Assembly (NCBI RefSeq): GCF_014203835.1
Contig: NZ_JACHJW010000001.1
Coordinates: forward strand, 2,285,176-2,317,175
From: Micromonospora polyrhachis
GTDB lineage: Bacteria > Actinomycetota > Actinomycetes > Mycobacteriales > Micromonosporaceae
DNA length: 32,000 nucleotides
Direction: 5' to 3'
The notes beneath the pieces are model-generated. The model did no database searches. It was not told the origin of the DNA and saw only the letters and a program-made list of their open reading frames with translations. Positions 1 through 7,899 of the stretch are shown one piece after another; position 1 is the stretch's first letter, and the number at the start of each line of letters is the position of its first letter. The translations under genes were made by a program, and so were the position numbers.

Positions 1-1577
1 ATCGCCACGGTGTGCCCCCGGGCCTGGAGCGCCGTCACCAGTTCCCGTTTCTGCTGGGGTCCCACCCGCCCGAAGACGGTGTTCGCCTCGGCCACGTCGG
101 CGAGCGCCGCCGGATCCGTGGGCAGGTGGCGGGCGTCCACCGGATGGTCCGCGCCGGGGAGCCCGAGGCTCCGGGCGACCGCGCCCACCGAGCGGGCGTT
201 GTCGCCGGAGATCACCTTCACCGTGACGCCCTGCTCGGCGAAGTATCGCAACGTGTCCGGCGCCTCGGCCCGCAGCCGCTGGGCGAGCACCACCAGGGCC
301 ATCGGCACCCCGGACACCTCGTCCCGCTGCTGGACCAACAGCAGCACCCGAAGTCCTCGTACGCCGTACTCGTCGACCTCGGCGAGCACCGGATGACCGG
401 CCGGCAGCAGAACGTCGGGGGCACCCAGACGCCAGGTGGTGCTGGCTCCGGTCGGATCCGTGAGGGTGGCTCCGCTCCACTTCCGGGCCGAGGAGAAGGG
501 CATCCGCTCCCGGACCGTCCACCCCGCGGGTGCGGGGTGCGCCTCGATGATGGCCTTGAGGCTTGAATTGGGGCGTTCGTCGGCCGCGCCGAGCATGCCC
601 AGCACCTCGGCCACCGGTGCCTCCGGGTCGAGGCACCGGACCTCGGCGACCCGCATCGCGGCATCGGTCAGCGTGCCGGTCTTGTCCAGGCAGACCACGT
701 CGACCCGGGCCAACCCCTCGATCGCCGGCAGTTCCTGCACCAGGCAGCGGCGCTGGCCGAGTCGGATCACCCCCACCGCGAAGGCCATCGAGGTGAGCAG
801 GACCAGGCCCTCGGGCACCATCGGCACCAGACCGGCGACCATCCGGCGGATCGCCTCCGGCAGGTCGTCCCGGTTGACCAGCCACTGGCTGGTGATCAGG
901 GCGATTCCGGCGGGGACGATCAGCCAGGTGACGAACCGCAGGATGGTGTCCAGGCCGCTGCGCAGCTGCGAGTTGACCAGGGTGAACCGGCTGGCCTCCT
1001 CGGCCAGCCGGGCGGCGTATGCCGCGCGACCGACCCGGGTGGCGGTGAACGCGCCGGTGCCGGCCACCACGAAGCTGCCGGAGAGCACCTGATCGCCCGG
1101 TTCCTTGAGCACCGGATCGGCCTCTCCGGTGAGCAGGGACTCGTCCACCTCCAACTGCGCCGCCTCGGTGACGACCCCGTCGACCACGACCTGGTCACCC
1201 GGCCCGAGTTCGATGAGGTCGTCGAGGACGACGTCCGTTGCGGCCACCTCGGCCGACCGGCCGTCCCGACGCACCATCGGGCGGGCCGCGCCGACGATCG
1301 CCAGCCGGTCCAGCGTGCGTTTGGCCCGTAGTTCCTGCACCACGCCGATCAGGGTGTTGGCGATGATCACGCCGCCGAAGAGCGCGTCCTGGATCGGTGC
1401 GACCGCGAGGATGAGCACGAAGAGCACGCCCATGATGGCGTTGATCCGAGTGAACAGATTGGCCCGGATGATCTCCGTGACGCTCCGTCCGGAACGGACC
1501 GGGACGTCGTTGACCCGACCGGCTGCGACCCGTTCGGCCACCTCCGCCGTACTGAGCCCGGCTTCTACAGTGAGCAT
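1..1577 (-). CDS. Cation-translocating P-type (HAD-IC) ATPase, N-terminal ~525 codons; the 3-prime end lies left of the window
   Basis: Not in the ORF track because it runs off the window edge. My reverse-strand translation from the ATG (complement of 1575-1577) reads MLTVEAGLSTAEVAERVAAGRVNDVPVRSGRSVTEIIRANLF... It continues through LLTGEADP (actuator TGE motif), VCLDKTGTLT (phosphorylation motif; DKTGTLT is the complement of 666-686) and GVTVKVISGDNARSVGAVA (about 190-240). The + strand ORFs here are Arg/Ser/Pro-rich shadows. Confidence 0.93.
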   Translation of the reverse strand, partial: MLTVEAGLSTAEVAERVAAGRVNDVPVRSGRSVTEIIRANLFTRINAIMGVLFVLILAVAPIQDALFGGVIIANTLIGVVQELRAKRTLDRLAIVGAARPMVRRDGRSAEVAATDVVLDDLIELGPGDQVVVDGVVTEAAQLEVDESLLTGEADPVLKEPGDQVLSGSFVVAGTGAFTATRVGRAAYAARLAEEASRFTLVNSQLRSGLDTILRFVTWLIVPAGIALITSQWLVNRDDLPEAIRRMVAGLVPMVPEGLVLLTSMAFAVGVIRLGQRRCLVQELPAIEGLARVDVVCLDKTGTLTDAAMRVAEVRCLDPEAPVAEVLGMLGAADERPNSSLKAIIEAHPAPAGWTVRERMPFSSARKWSGATLTDPTGASTTWRLGAPDVLLPAGHPVLAEVDEYGVRGLRVLLLVQQRDEVSGVPMALVVLAQRLRAEAPDTLRYFAEQGVTVKVISGDNARSVGAVARSLGLPGADHPVDARHLPTDPAALADVAEANTVFGRVGPQQKRELVTALQARGHTVA

Positions 1578-1712
1578 GGCTACGAGGCTACGAAGGCTCC
1601 GAGGATTTTTCGGCTTCCGAAGGTCGTAGCTCACCCCTGACTTTCCTCAGGGACTGGGCCGCACCCAGTTAGGGGCTGACCCCGGGTCACCGCCGCCACG
1701 CAGCAGCCCTGG

Positions 1713-2012
1713 TCAGAGGTTCTGGATGATTCGCAGTGCCCGGGAGACACGGAACATGGTGTCCGAGTCGGCCACGCCGACGCACTCGGTGAACCACTTT
1801 TTCATCGGAGAGGAGAGCCGATCGGGCATCACCACGAAGTCACCCATGGGCACGGCCAGCGGCGAGTCCCGGAGCAACTCCTCCTCGACCACCTCCACCA
1901 CGATCACGATCGGTACGTCGGTGCTGTTGTAGACGTCGGAACTGACCACCAGCCCGAGCCGCTCCCGGGCTCCCTCGATGCGCCAGATCTCGCCTCTACG
2001 CAGCACGCGCAC
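1713..2012 (-). CDS. Type II toxin, PemK/MazF family
   Basis: 99-aa ORF with an N-terminal RGEIW motif, then LVVSSDVYN and PIVIVVEV segments typical of the MazF/PemK/CcdB-like fold. It overlaps the upstream small antitoxin-like ORF by 17 nt. Confidence 0.8.
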   Translation of the reverse strand: MRVLRRGEIWRIEGARERLGLVVSSDVYNSTDVPIVIVVEVVEEELLRDSPLAVPMGDFVVMPDRLSSPMKKWFTECVGVADSDTMFRVSRALRIIQNL

Positions 2013-2253
2013 CCCCGCCGAACATGGCGTCGTCGACCATCTCCCCTTCGCGCTCGTCGGCGAGGGCGGTGGCTTCCAAGTCGAAGCCGGCCCGGCGAAC
2101 CGCAGCGGCGTGCGCGGTGAAGACCTCGCGAAGCGCCTTCTCCCGTGCGGCCTGGTTGATCCAGGCGGAGAGCGACATCCCGTCCCGCTTGGCGAAGCGT
2201 CTGGCTTCCTCGATCGTTTCCTCGGAGAACGACAGCGTCACCTTGGCAGTCAT
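1996..2253 (-). CDS. Type II antitoxin, ribbon-helix-helix-like (the longer start at 2289 is possible)
   Basis: From the internal ATG the product is MTAKVTLSFSEETIEEARRFAKRDGMSLSAWINQAAREKAL... This is a beta strand plus two helices (RHH pattern) followed by an acidic tail. It lies upstream of, and overlaps, the toxin gene, which is the classic antitoxin-first arrangement. Confidence 0.7.
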   Translation of the reverse strand: MTAKVTLSFSEETIEEARRFAKRDGMSLSAWINQAAREKALREVFTAHAAAVRRAGFDLEATALADEREGEMVDDAMFGGGARAA

Positions 2254-2458
2254 ATCGACCAGCCTACCCCGGGTATGACCGGCGGTCATCCTGTCGGGCG
2301 GGCCGGACAGCGGGTCTTAGCCGGTTCGAAACAACGGGGACGTACGCCGGAAACCCGGCACCGAGACGCTTCCGACATGGCAGACCGTACGGGTACCGCC
2401 ACCGGGAGCGAACGGCACCCATCCCGAACTGACCCGCTTTCCCGCGACCCGCTCCCCA

Positions 2459-2533
2459 GTGGCCCGGAGCGCCGTGACCCGGAGCGCCATGACCCGGAGC
2501 GCCATGAGCCACTCCCCAGTGACCCGGAGCGCC
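2459..2533 (+). repeat. Tandem array of five 15-nt units ending 1 nt before the ATG of the HemD-like regulator
   Basis: Units read by eye: gtggcccggagcgcc (2459), gtgacccggagcgcc (2474), atgacccggagcgcc (2489), atgagccactcccca (2504, diverged), gtgacccggagcgcc (2519). These are followed by g and atgaccgggg (ATG at 2535), which resembles a sixth unit. Confidence 0.9.
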
Positions 2534-2534
2534 G

Positions 2535-3263
2535 ATGACCGGGGAACTGGCCGGCTTCACGGTGGCGGTGACCGTCGATCGCCGGCGGGACGAACTCGCC
2601 GCCCTGCTCGAACGTCAGGGGGCCCGGGTGGTGGTCGCTCCAACGCTCCGGCTCGTGCCGCTGGTCGCCGACGGACCGGGCAACCGCTGGGCTACTCCGG
2701 CCGACCTGGCTCCCCTACGCCGGCTGGTGTTCCTGGTAGCCAACCGGATGGTGGACGCGATCGCGTTCACCAGCGCCCCCGCCGTGGACAGTCTGCTGCA
2801 CTCCGCTGGGCCGGACATCGAGGCGGTACTGGCGGCCCTGCGTACGGACGTACTCGCTGCCTGCGTCGCTCCGGTCACCGCCGCGCCGCTACGTCGACAC
2901 CGGGTTCCGGTGCTGGTGCCCGGTCAGACCCGACTCGGTGCCCTGGTCCGGGCCATCACCGCAGAACTACCGCGCCGCGCGATCGACCTCCGGGTCGCGG
3001 GGCACCGGCTGACCCTGCGCGGCCATGTCGCCCTCCTCGACGACACACCACATTCGCTGGCCCCCGCGCCGATGGCGGTGTTGCGGGCCCTTGCCGGTAC
3101 GCCCGGCCGGGTGCTGACCCGCGCCGCGCTGCTGCACCGCCTGCCCAGGGGAGCCGACGGGCACACGGTCGAGATGGCGGTTGCCCGGATCCGGGCGACG
3201 CTGCGGGTGCCGGGCCTGGTGCAGACGGTGCTCCGGCGCGGCTACCGACTCTCGGTCGACTGA
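2535..3263 (+). CDS. Short uroporphyrinogen-III-synthase (HemD)-like domain fused to an OmpR/PhoB-type winged-helix DNA-binding domain
   Basis: The N-terminus LAGFTVAVTVDRRRDELAALLERQGARVVVAPTLRLVPL and the segment VDAIAFTSAPAVDSLL...ACVAPVTAAPL match HemD-family segments. The C-terminus AGHRLTLRGHVALLDD...LAPAPMAVLRALAGTPGRVLTRAALL...HTVEMAVARIRATL...VLRRGYRL is a Trans_reg_C-like wHTH. Confidence 0.8.
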   Translation: MTGELAGFTVAVTVDRRRDELAALLERQGARVVVAPTLRLVPLVADGPGNRWATPADLAPLRRLVFLVANRMVDAIAFTSAPAVDSLLHSAGPDIEAVLAALRTDVLAACVAPVTAAPLRRHRVPVLVPGQTRLGALVRAITAELPRRAIDLRVAGHRLTLRGHVALLDDTPHSLAPAPMAVLRALAGTPGRVLTRAALLHRLPRGADGHTVEMAVARIRATLRVPGLVQTVLRRGYRLSVD

Positions 3264-3277
3264 AAGCACCGCGCCGA

Positions 3278-3301
3278 CCGGTCGACGACGAGGTCGACCG
3301 G
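3278..3301. terminator. Perfect 9-bp GC-rich hairpin between convergent genes (candidate bidirectional terminator)
   Basis: ccggtcgac (3278-3286), loop gacgag, gtcgaccgg (3293-3301). It lies in the 67-nt spacer between the stop at 3263 (+) and the stop at 3331 (-). There is no clear U-tract. Confidence 0.4.
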
Positions 3302-3330
3302 CCGGCGCGGGCCTGACAGAGCCCGGATGC

Positions 3331-3954
3331 TCAGCCCACCGGGGTCGGGAAGCCCCGGCCGTGCTGGGCCTGCAACGTGGCCATCGCGTGCTGCACCACG
3401 TTCACCAGCACCTGCTTGACCGACTCCCGGTGCCGGGCGTCGGTCAGGACGAGCGGGACGTGCGGCGCGATGGCCAGCGCCTCCCGCACCTCCTCCGGCT
3501 CGTACTGCGGCGCGCCGTCGAAGCGGTTCAACGCCACCACGTACGGCAGTTGCCGGTTCTCGAAGTAGTCCAGCGGCGCGAAGGCGTCGGTGATCCGCCG
3601 GGTGTCGACCAGGACGGCCGCCCCCACCGCACCCCGGATGATCTCGTCCCACATGAACCAGAACCGGGTCTGACCGGGGGTGCCGAACAGATAGAGGATC
3701 AGATCCTGGGCCATGGTGATCCGGCCGAAGTCCATCGCCACCGTGGTGGTCTGCTTCCCCGGCACCTTCGACGGATCGTCGATACCCACACCGGCGGCCG
3801 TCATGACCGCCTCGGTGGTCAGCGGAGTGATCTCCGAGACCGCACCGACCAACGTTGTCTTGCCTACACCGAATCCACCCGCAACGACGATCTTCGCGGA
3901 GGTGATCCCTCCGCCGCGGCGCGACCCGGCAGGGTCATAGCCTGCGAAGTCCAC
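3331..3954 (-). CDS. cvnD: Conservon small GTPase (CvnD-type, MglA/Ras-like ATP/GTP-binding protein)
   Basis: P-loop AGGFGVGKTT, then LFGTPGQTRF (switch II-like DxxG variant) and ALNRFD (NKxD-like). GTG start with a 20-nt overlap onto the DUF742 gene. It is the last gene of the four-gene set. Confidence 0.9.
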   Translation of the reverse strand: MDFAGYDPAGSRRGGGITSAKIVVAGGFGVGKTTLVGAVSEITPLTTEAVMTAAGVGIDDPSKVPGKQTTTVAMDFGRITMAQDLILYLFGTPGQTRFWFMWDEIIRGAVGAAVLVDTRRITDAFAPLDYFENRQLPYVVALNRFDGAPQYEPEEVREALAIAPHVPLVLTDARHRESVKQVLVNVVQHAMATLQAQHGRGFPTPVG

Positions 3955-4300
3955 TTAGCACCCTCTCAAGCAGTTCCATCCGCTCCTCGTACGCCTCAGC
4001 GGGAGCGGCACTGTGCAGCGTCAGCAGGCTGTCGGCCACCATGTCGGCGACCAGCACCCGGGCGACTCCCAGGGGGAGCCGGGTGTACGCGGCGATCTCC
4101 GCCAGTGACTGCGCCCGGCCCTCACAGACCGTGGCGATGCGGTGCTTGTCGTGCCCGGCGAACCGGGACTCCATCACCGCTGCCGGACTCGCCGTCAGAA
4201 CTGCCTCGATGGCAATGTCCTGGCGCGGTTCGGTACGGCCACGGGTGACCGCGTACGGTCGGACCAATGCACCCCGTGGATCCTCGCGGCGTCTGTCCAT
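3935..4300 (-). CDS. cvnC: Conservon DUF742 protein (CvnC-type)
   Basis: 121 aa containing LVRPYAVTRGRT and a C-terminal HTH-like segment SLAEIAAYTRLPLGVARVLVADM, characteristic of DUF742. It sits between the Roadblock and GTPase genes. Confidence 0.88.
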   Translation of the reverse strand: MDRRREDPRGALVRPYAVTRGRTEPRQDIAIEAVLTASPAAVMESRFAGHDKHRIATVCEGRAQSLAEIAAYTRLPLGVARVLVADMVADSLLTLHSAAPAEAYEERMELLERVLSGLRRL

Positions 4301-4369
4301 CTACGGGCCCCTCCTTCCGGTCGAGTCACGGCTTCACCAGCGTCAATCCCGGTCGTACAGGTAATACGA

Positions 4370-4774
4370 CTAAACAACGGCATCGCGGGGCAGCGGTACG
4401 AGTGCAGCACCCACCCGCTCGACCAGCAACGCCATCTCGTAACCCACCTGGCCGACGTCGCAACTACGTGCGGCCAGTACCGCCATGGAGGAACCGTCGC
4501 TGATGGACATCAGAAAGAGGTAACCACTGTCCATCTCGATGACGGTCTGCAGTACACCGCCGGCGTTGAACATACGGGATGCGCCATCGGTCAGGCTCAC
4601 CACGCCCGAGGTGATCGCCGCGAGCTGGTCGGCCCGGTCCGTGGGCAAGTCCCGCGAGGAGGCGAGGAGCAGCCCGTCAGCCGAGACCGCCACCACGTGG
4701 GCGATCCCCGCCACGCTGTCGGCGAAGTTGGTGAGCAGCCAACTCATGTCCTGCATCGCCGCTGGCCTGTTCAT
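4370..4774 (-). CDS. cvnB: Conservon Roadblock/LC7 (MglB-like) protein (CvnB-type)
   Basis: 134 aa. The segments SWLLTNFADSVAGIAHVVAVSADGLLLA...DQLAAITSGVVSL fit the Roadblock/LC7 family. The ATGA start/stop overlap with cvnA is at 4771-4774. Confidence 0.9.
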   Translation of the reverse strand: MNRPAAMQDMSWLLTNFADSVAGIAHVVAVSADGLLLASSRDLPTDRADQLAAITSGVVSLTDGASRMFNAGGVLQTVIEMDSGYLFLMSISDGSSMAVLAARSCDVGQVGYEMALLVERVGAALVPLPRDAVV

Positions 4775-7700
4775 TCGCTCGTCTCCTTGGTTGAGGTGCC
4801 GTTCGGGTCTCCGTTGACCGACCGGCCGCGCTGTACGCCACGGTGGTAGGCCGACAGCAGACCACGTACTTCATCCGGCGTCCGCCGGGCCCGCTCCCGG
4901 GGCTTTGCAGCGACGCCACCGGGCACCAACTGTGCCTGGGGCACCCGCTTGGGCAGACCGGATCGGGTGGTGCCGGCGGCGGCCGGCTCGGCGGCCTGGG
5001 TGGCCCGGGCCCACCCCTCGTCCGCAGCCGTACGCCACGCGTTACCGCCCTGGCCCGGCGCTGGCGCGGCCGGCGTGGTCGGGATCGCCCCGGTGCGCGT
5101 ATCCGGACCGGCCGAGGGGCCCGGCGCGGAGGTGGCTGCTGCGGGTGGGGTGTACGGCGGCGGTGCGCTCTCTCCCGGTGTCCGGGCCGGCAGGGGACGA
5201 CGGACCGGAGCCGCCGGCGCGGTGGTGGCTGTCTTCGGCGGAGGGATGTCGTCGATCGGCGGCATCGTGAAGATCTCGGTCGCGTCCTGCCCGTGCGACC
5301 GGAACCAGGCCGTCTCCATCTCCCGGAAGATGGGCGAGTCACCGGACTCTGCCGGGCCCGGGGTGGCACCGCTGGCCGGCGGGGTCGGGACCCTCGGCGG
5401 AGCCGGAGGCGCCGCTGCGGGTGCCATGGCCGGGGTGGCAGCCGGTCCCGCTACCGGGCCGGCCGGTAGCCCGGCCGAGGGTGTCGCCGACGGCATCGGG
5501 CGGTCGGTGCCGCCCCGTTGCGGGAGTGGCCGCAGGGTCGGGTACGCCATGGTCGGCGTGCCGAAGCCGGTATCGGCCGACGACGGCTGGGCGGCCGGCG
5601 GCGGTGTCTGGACGACCGGGGCCGACGGCGGCATCGGGGTCACCACCGGTTGGCTGGCGGTCTGACCGGCCGTGTTGACCTGGAACGCGCTGTTTGACTG
5701 GTCACTCGTGGTCTGCCACTGCGACGACGAGTCCCGCCAGTTGTCCGAGAGCGTCGCCGAAGCGGCGCGGCCGGCACCCATTGGCTCCGACCAGTTCGCG
5801 GCGGCCGGGGCGCCCGCGCTCGGTGCTCCGGCGGCCGGACCGGGCTCCACGGCCAGAGGCTGCCGGGGCCGGCTGATCAGCTCACGTGCCTGCGGCTTGG
5901 GTAGGACGACCGCGCCCGCGGGCAGGGTGACCTGGGCGACCGTACCGCCTTCGATGTTGCGGCGCAGTTCCACCCGAATGTTGTGCCGGGAGGCCAGCCG
6001 GCTGACCACGGCCAGACCCATGAGCCGGAAGGCGGCCACGTCGACGGTGGGCGGAGCCGCCAACCGCCGGTTGAGGGCCTCCAATTGATCGTCCCGGAGC
6101 CCAAGTCCCCGGTCTTCGACCTGGATCAGCACATAGTCCCGGATCCGGCGGGCGTCGGCCACCACGGCCGTGTTCGGGGCCGAGAACCGGGTGGCGTTGT
6201 CGAGCAGCTCGGCGACCAGTCGTACGACGTCGTTGACGGCGTGCGCGGCGACCGAGATGTCGGTGTCGACCGTGCCGAACTCGATGCGGTTGTAGAGCTC
6301 CACCTCGGACTGCGAGGCCCGCAACACGTCCACCAGGAGGGCGTCGTCACGACGCGGCACCGTCGAGTCGGCACCCGCCAGCACCAGCAGGTTCTCGTCG
6401 TTACGACGCATTCGGGTGGCAAGGTGGTCCAACTCGAAGAGCTGGGCCAGCCGCTTCGGGTCCTCCTCGCCGCGCTCGATCATGTCGAGCTCACCGATCA
6501 TCCGGTCGACCAGTGCCTGGCTTCGGCGGGCCAGGTTGAGGAACATCGCCGAGACGCTGGTCCGCAGGGCGGCCTGTTCGGCCGCGACCCGGACGGCTTC
6601 CTTGTGTACGACGTTGAAGGCCGCCGCCACTTGGCCGATCTCGTCCTTGTTGGAGAGCCGGATCGGGTCCCGGACCTGACGCACGATCTCCTCGACACCG
6701 CCGTCGCCGACGTTGCCGACATCACGCAGCCGGGCGACCGCCTCGGGCAGGTCGTGGTTGGCCACGGAGAGCGCGCCTTCCCGCAGCCGGCGCAGTGAGT
6801 CGTTGAGCGAGCGGGCCAGCACCACGGCGAGCGCGATGGCGATCGCGAGGATGAGCAGTACCAGGACGGTCTCGGTGATCGCCTGCTGGATGACGGCCGA
6901 TCGGACCTCGTCGGTCTGGGCGAGCAGCTGGTTCTCCAGCTGGATCTCGGCCCAGCGCATGAGGTCGTTGACCGCGCCGATCGAGTTCGCCGCGTCGGCG
7001 GCGGTGACCAGGAGGTTCTGCCCGACGGAGCGGGTCACATCCGAGGACACCCGGTCGGCGAGAACGATGGCGTCACCGGTGACCGTGCTGTTCACCAGCG
7101 CCTGCTGCTGCGGGGACGCGGCGAGCGAGAAGGACAGCAGCGCCTCCTGCTGGCTGGTCAGCGTCGCCACGAACGAGGAGAACTGTTCGTCGTCGAGTTT
7201 GCCGCCGGTGAGGGCGGCGAAGGTGACCGCCTCCTCCTCGGCGGTGGCGGACTTGGCGCGAGCGAACGCGGCCACCGCGCGCCGACTCTCGACGAGGCTG
7301 TCGGTGCCGGGTAGCTGGCTCAGTGACTCGCTGTACGCGACGAGGTCGGTCAGGATCACGCCGTAACGCAGGACCGCCTCGGCGACCGGCATCTGCTTGC
7401 GGTCCAGGACCTCCTGACGGGCACCGGTGAGGGCGGTCAGGTGCGCGTCGATCAGCTTCAGCTGTTCGTCGACCGCGCCCGGCAGGTCGCCGATGCTGCT
7501 TCGCTTCGCGGTGTAGGCGTTGATCCGCTCGTCGGTGCTCCGGATCCGCAGGTTGTACGCGTCCGGTTTGCCGGACCTCGTGGCGAGGAAGCTGGCCGCG
7601 GCCATACGTTCCTTGTGTACGTCCTGGGTCAACGCGGAGACGTCCGCGGAAAGTTCGGTCAGCGCCCGGGCCTGGTTGGCGTCGAGCGCCCCCTGCCCCA

Positions 7701-7899
7701 CGCTGACCAATCGGATCGCGGCGAGCGCGAGGACTGTGGCGAGCGGCACAACGAGGATCAGCGCAAGTTTGGACCGAATCTTGGCATCCCGCAGCCGGGG
7801 AAACCAACGGCGACGCGCGCCATGCTCCGGTGAAGCGTTTTCGGGCAGGGTCGTAGGTCCGGTGCTCACGACATCGCCTCCGTCGTCCTTTCCACGCAT
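4771..7899 (-). CDS. cvnA: Conservon membrane sensor, histidine-kinase-like (CvnA-type): TM, NIT-like sensor, TM, HAMP, HATPase_c, long Pro/Ala-rich tail
   Basis: 1042 aa. It has two hydrophobic helices (LALILVVPLATVLALAAI and VLVLLILAIAIALAVVLA) flanking a ~300-aa helical region with a nitrate/nitrite-sensing (NIT)-like pattern. After them come a HAMP-like LNDSLRRLREGAL, then an ATPase N-box/G-box (ELLDNATRFS, VEDRGLGL), then ~300 aa of P/A/T-rich sequence. The tail carries GLPKRVPQAQL...EVRGLLSAYHRGVQRGR. An alternative GTG start lies near 7869. Confidence 0.9.
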   Translation of the reverse strand: MRGKDDGGDVVSTGPTTLPENASPEHGARRRWFPRLRDAKIRSKLALILVVPLATVLALAAIRLVSVGQGALDANQARALTELSADVSALTQDVHKERMAAASFLATRSGKPDAYNLRIRSTDERINAYTAKRSSIGDLPGAVDEQLKLIDAHLTALTGARQEVLDRKQMPVAEAVLRYGVILTDLVAYSESLSQLPGTDSLVESRRAVAAFARAKSATAEEEAVTFAALTGGKLDDEQFSSFVATLTSQQEALLSFSLAASPQQQALVNSTVTGDAIVLADRVSSDVTRSVGQNLLVTAADAANSIGAVNDLMRWAEIQLENQLLAQTDEVRSAVIQQAITETVLVLLILAIAIALAVVLARSLNDSLRRLREGALSVANHDLPEAVARLRDVGNVGDGGVEEIVRQVRDPIRLSNKDEIGQVAAAFNVVHKEAVRVAAEQAALRTSVSAMFLNLARRSQALVDRMIGELDMIERGEEDPKRLAQLFELDHLATRMRRNDENLLVLAGADSTVPRRDDALLVDVLRASQSEVELYNRIEFGTVDTDISVAAHAVNDVVRLVAELLDNATRFSAPNTAVVADARRIRDYVLIQVEDRGLGLRDDQLEALNRRLAAPPTVDVAAFRLMGLAVVSRLASRHNIRVELRRNIEGGTVAQVTLPAGAVVLPKPQARELISRPRQPLAVEPGPAAGAPSAGAPAAANWSEPMGAGRAASATLSDNWRDSSSQWQTTSDQSNSAFQVNTAGQTASQPVVTPMPPSAPVVQTPPPAAQPSSADTGFGTPTMAYPTLRPLPQRGGTDRPMPSATPSAGLPAGPVAGPAATPAMAPAAAPPAPPRVPTPPASGATPGPAESGDSPIFREMETAWFRSHGQDATEIFTMPPIDDIPPPKTATTAPAAPVRRPLPARTPGESAPPPYTPPAAATSAPGPSAGPDTRTGAIPTTPAAPAPGQGGNAWRTAADEGWARATQAAEPAAAGTTRSGLPKRVPQAQLVPGGVAAKPRERARRTPDEVRGLLSAYHRGVQRGRSVNGDPNGTSTKETSE

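Noticed and set aside
10-1629. Plus-strand ORFs 10..396, 12..566, 436..1092, 563..796 and 1105..1629
   Set aside because: They are antisense to a clearly recognisable P-type ATPase (TGE, DKTGTLT, GDN motifs on the minus strand). Their products are Arg/Ser/Pro/Thr-rich with no motifs, which is typical of shadow ORFs in high-GC DNA.
1676-1688. Near-palindrome tgaccc-c-gggtca between the toxin stop and the ATPase start
   Set aside because: It could be an operator half-site pair, but it is a single short GC-rich palindrome in GC-rich DNA with no second copy in the window, which is too weak to call.
2318-2335. ggttcgaaa resembling a tRNA T-loop
   Set aside because: No acceptor stem, anticodon arm or D-arm can be built around it, and the T-loop consensus (GGTTCGAATCC) is incomplete.
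2264-2560. Minus-strand 98-aa ORF encoding GAPGH pentapeptide repeats
   Set aside because: The repeats are simply the reverse reading of the 15-nt tandem array. The rest of the ORF crosses a divergent promoter region, has no RBS and does not look like coding sequence.
3181-5665. Long ORFs 3181..4248 (+, 355 aa), 4142..4849 (+), 4677..5369 (-), 4843..5469 (+) and 4949..5665 (+)
   Set aside because: They overlap the well-supported cvnD, cvnC, cvnB and cvnA genes in other frames or strands. Their compositions are extreme (Arg/Pro/Gly) and follow from the P/A-rich cvnA linker.
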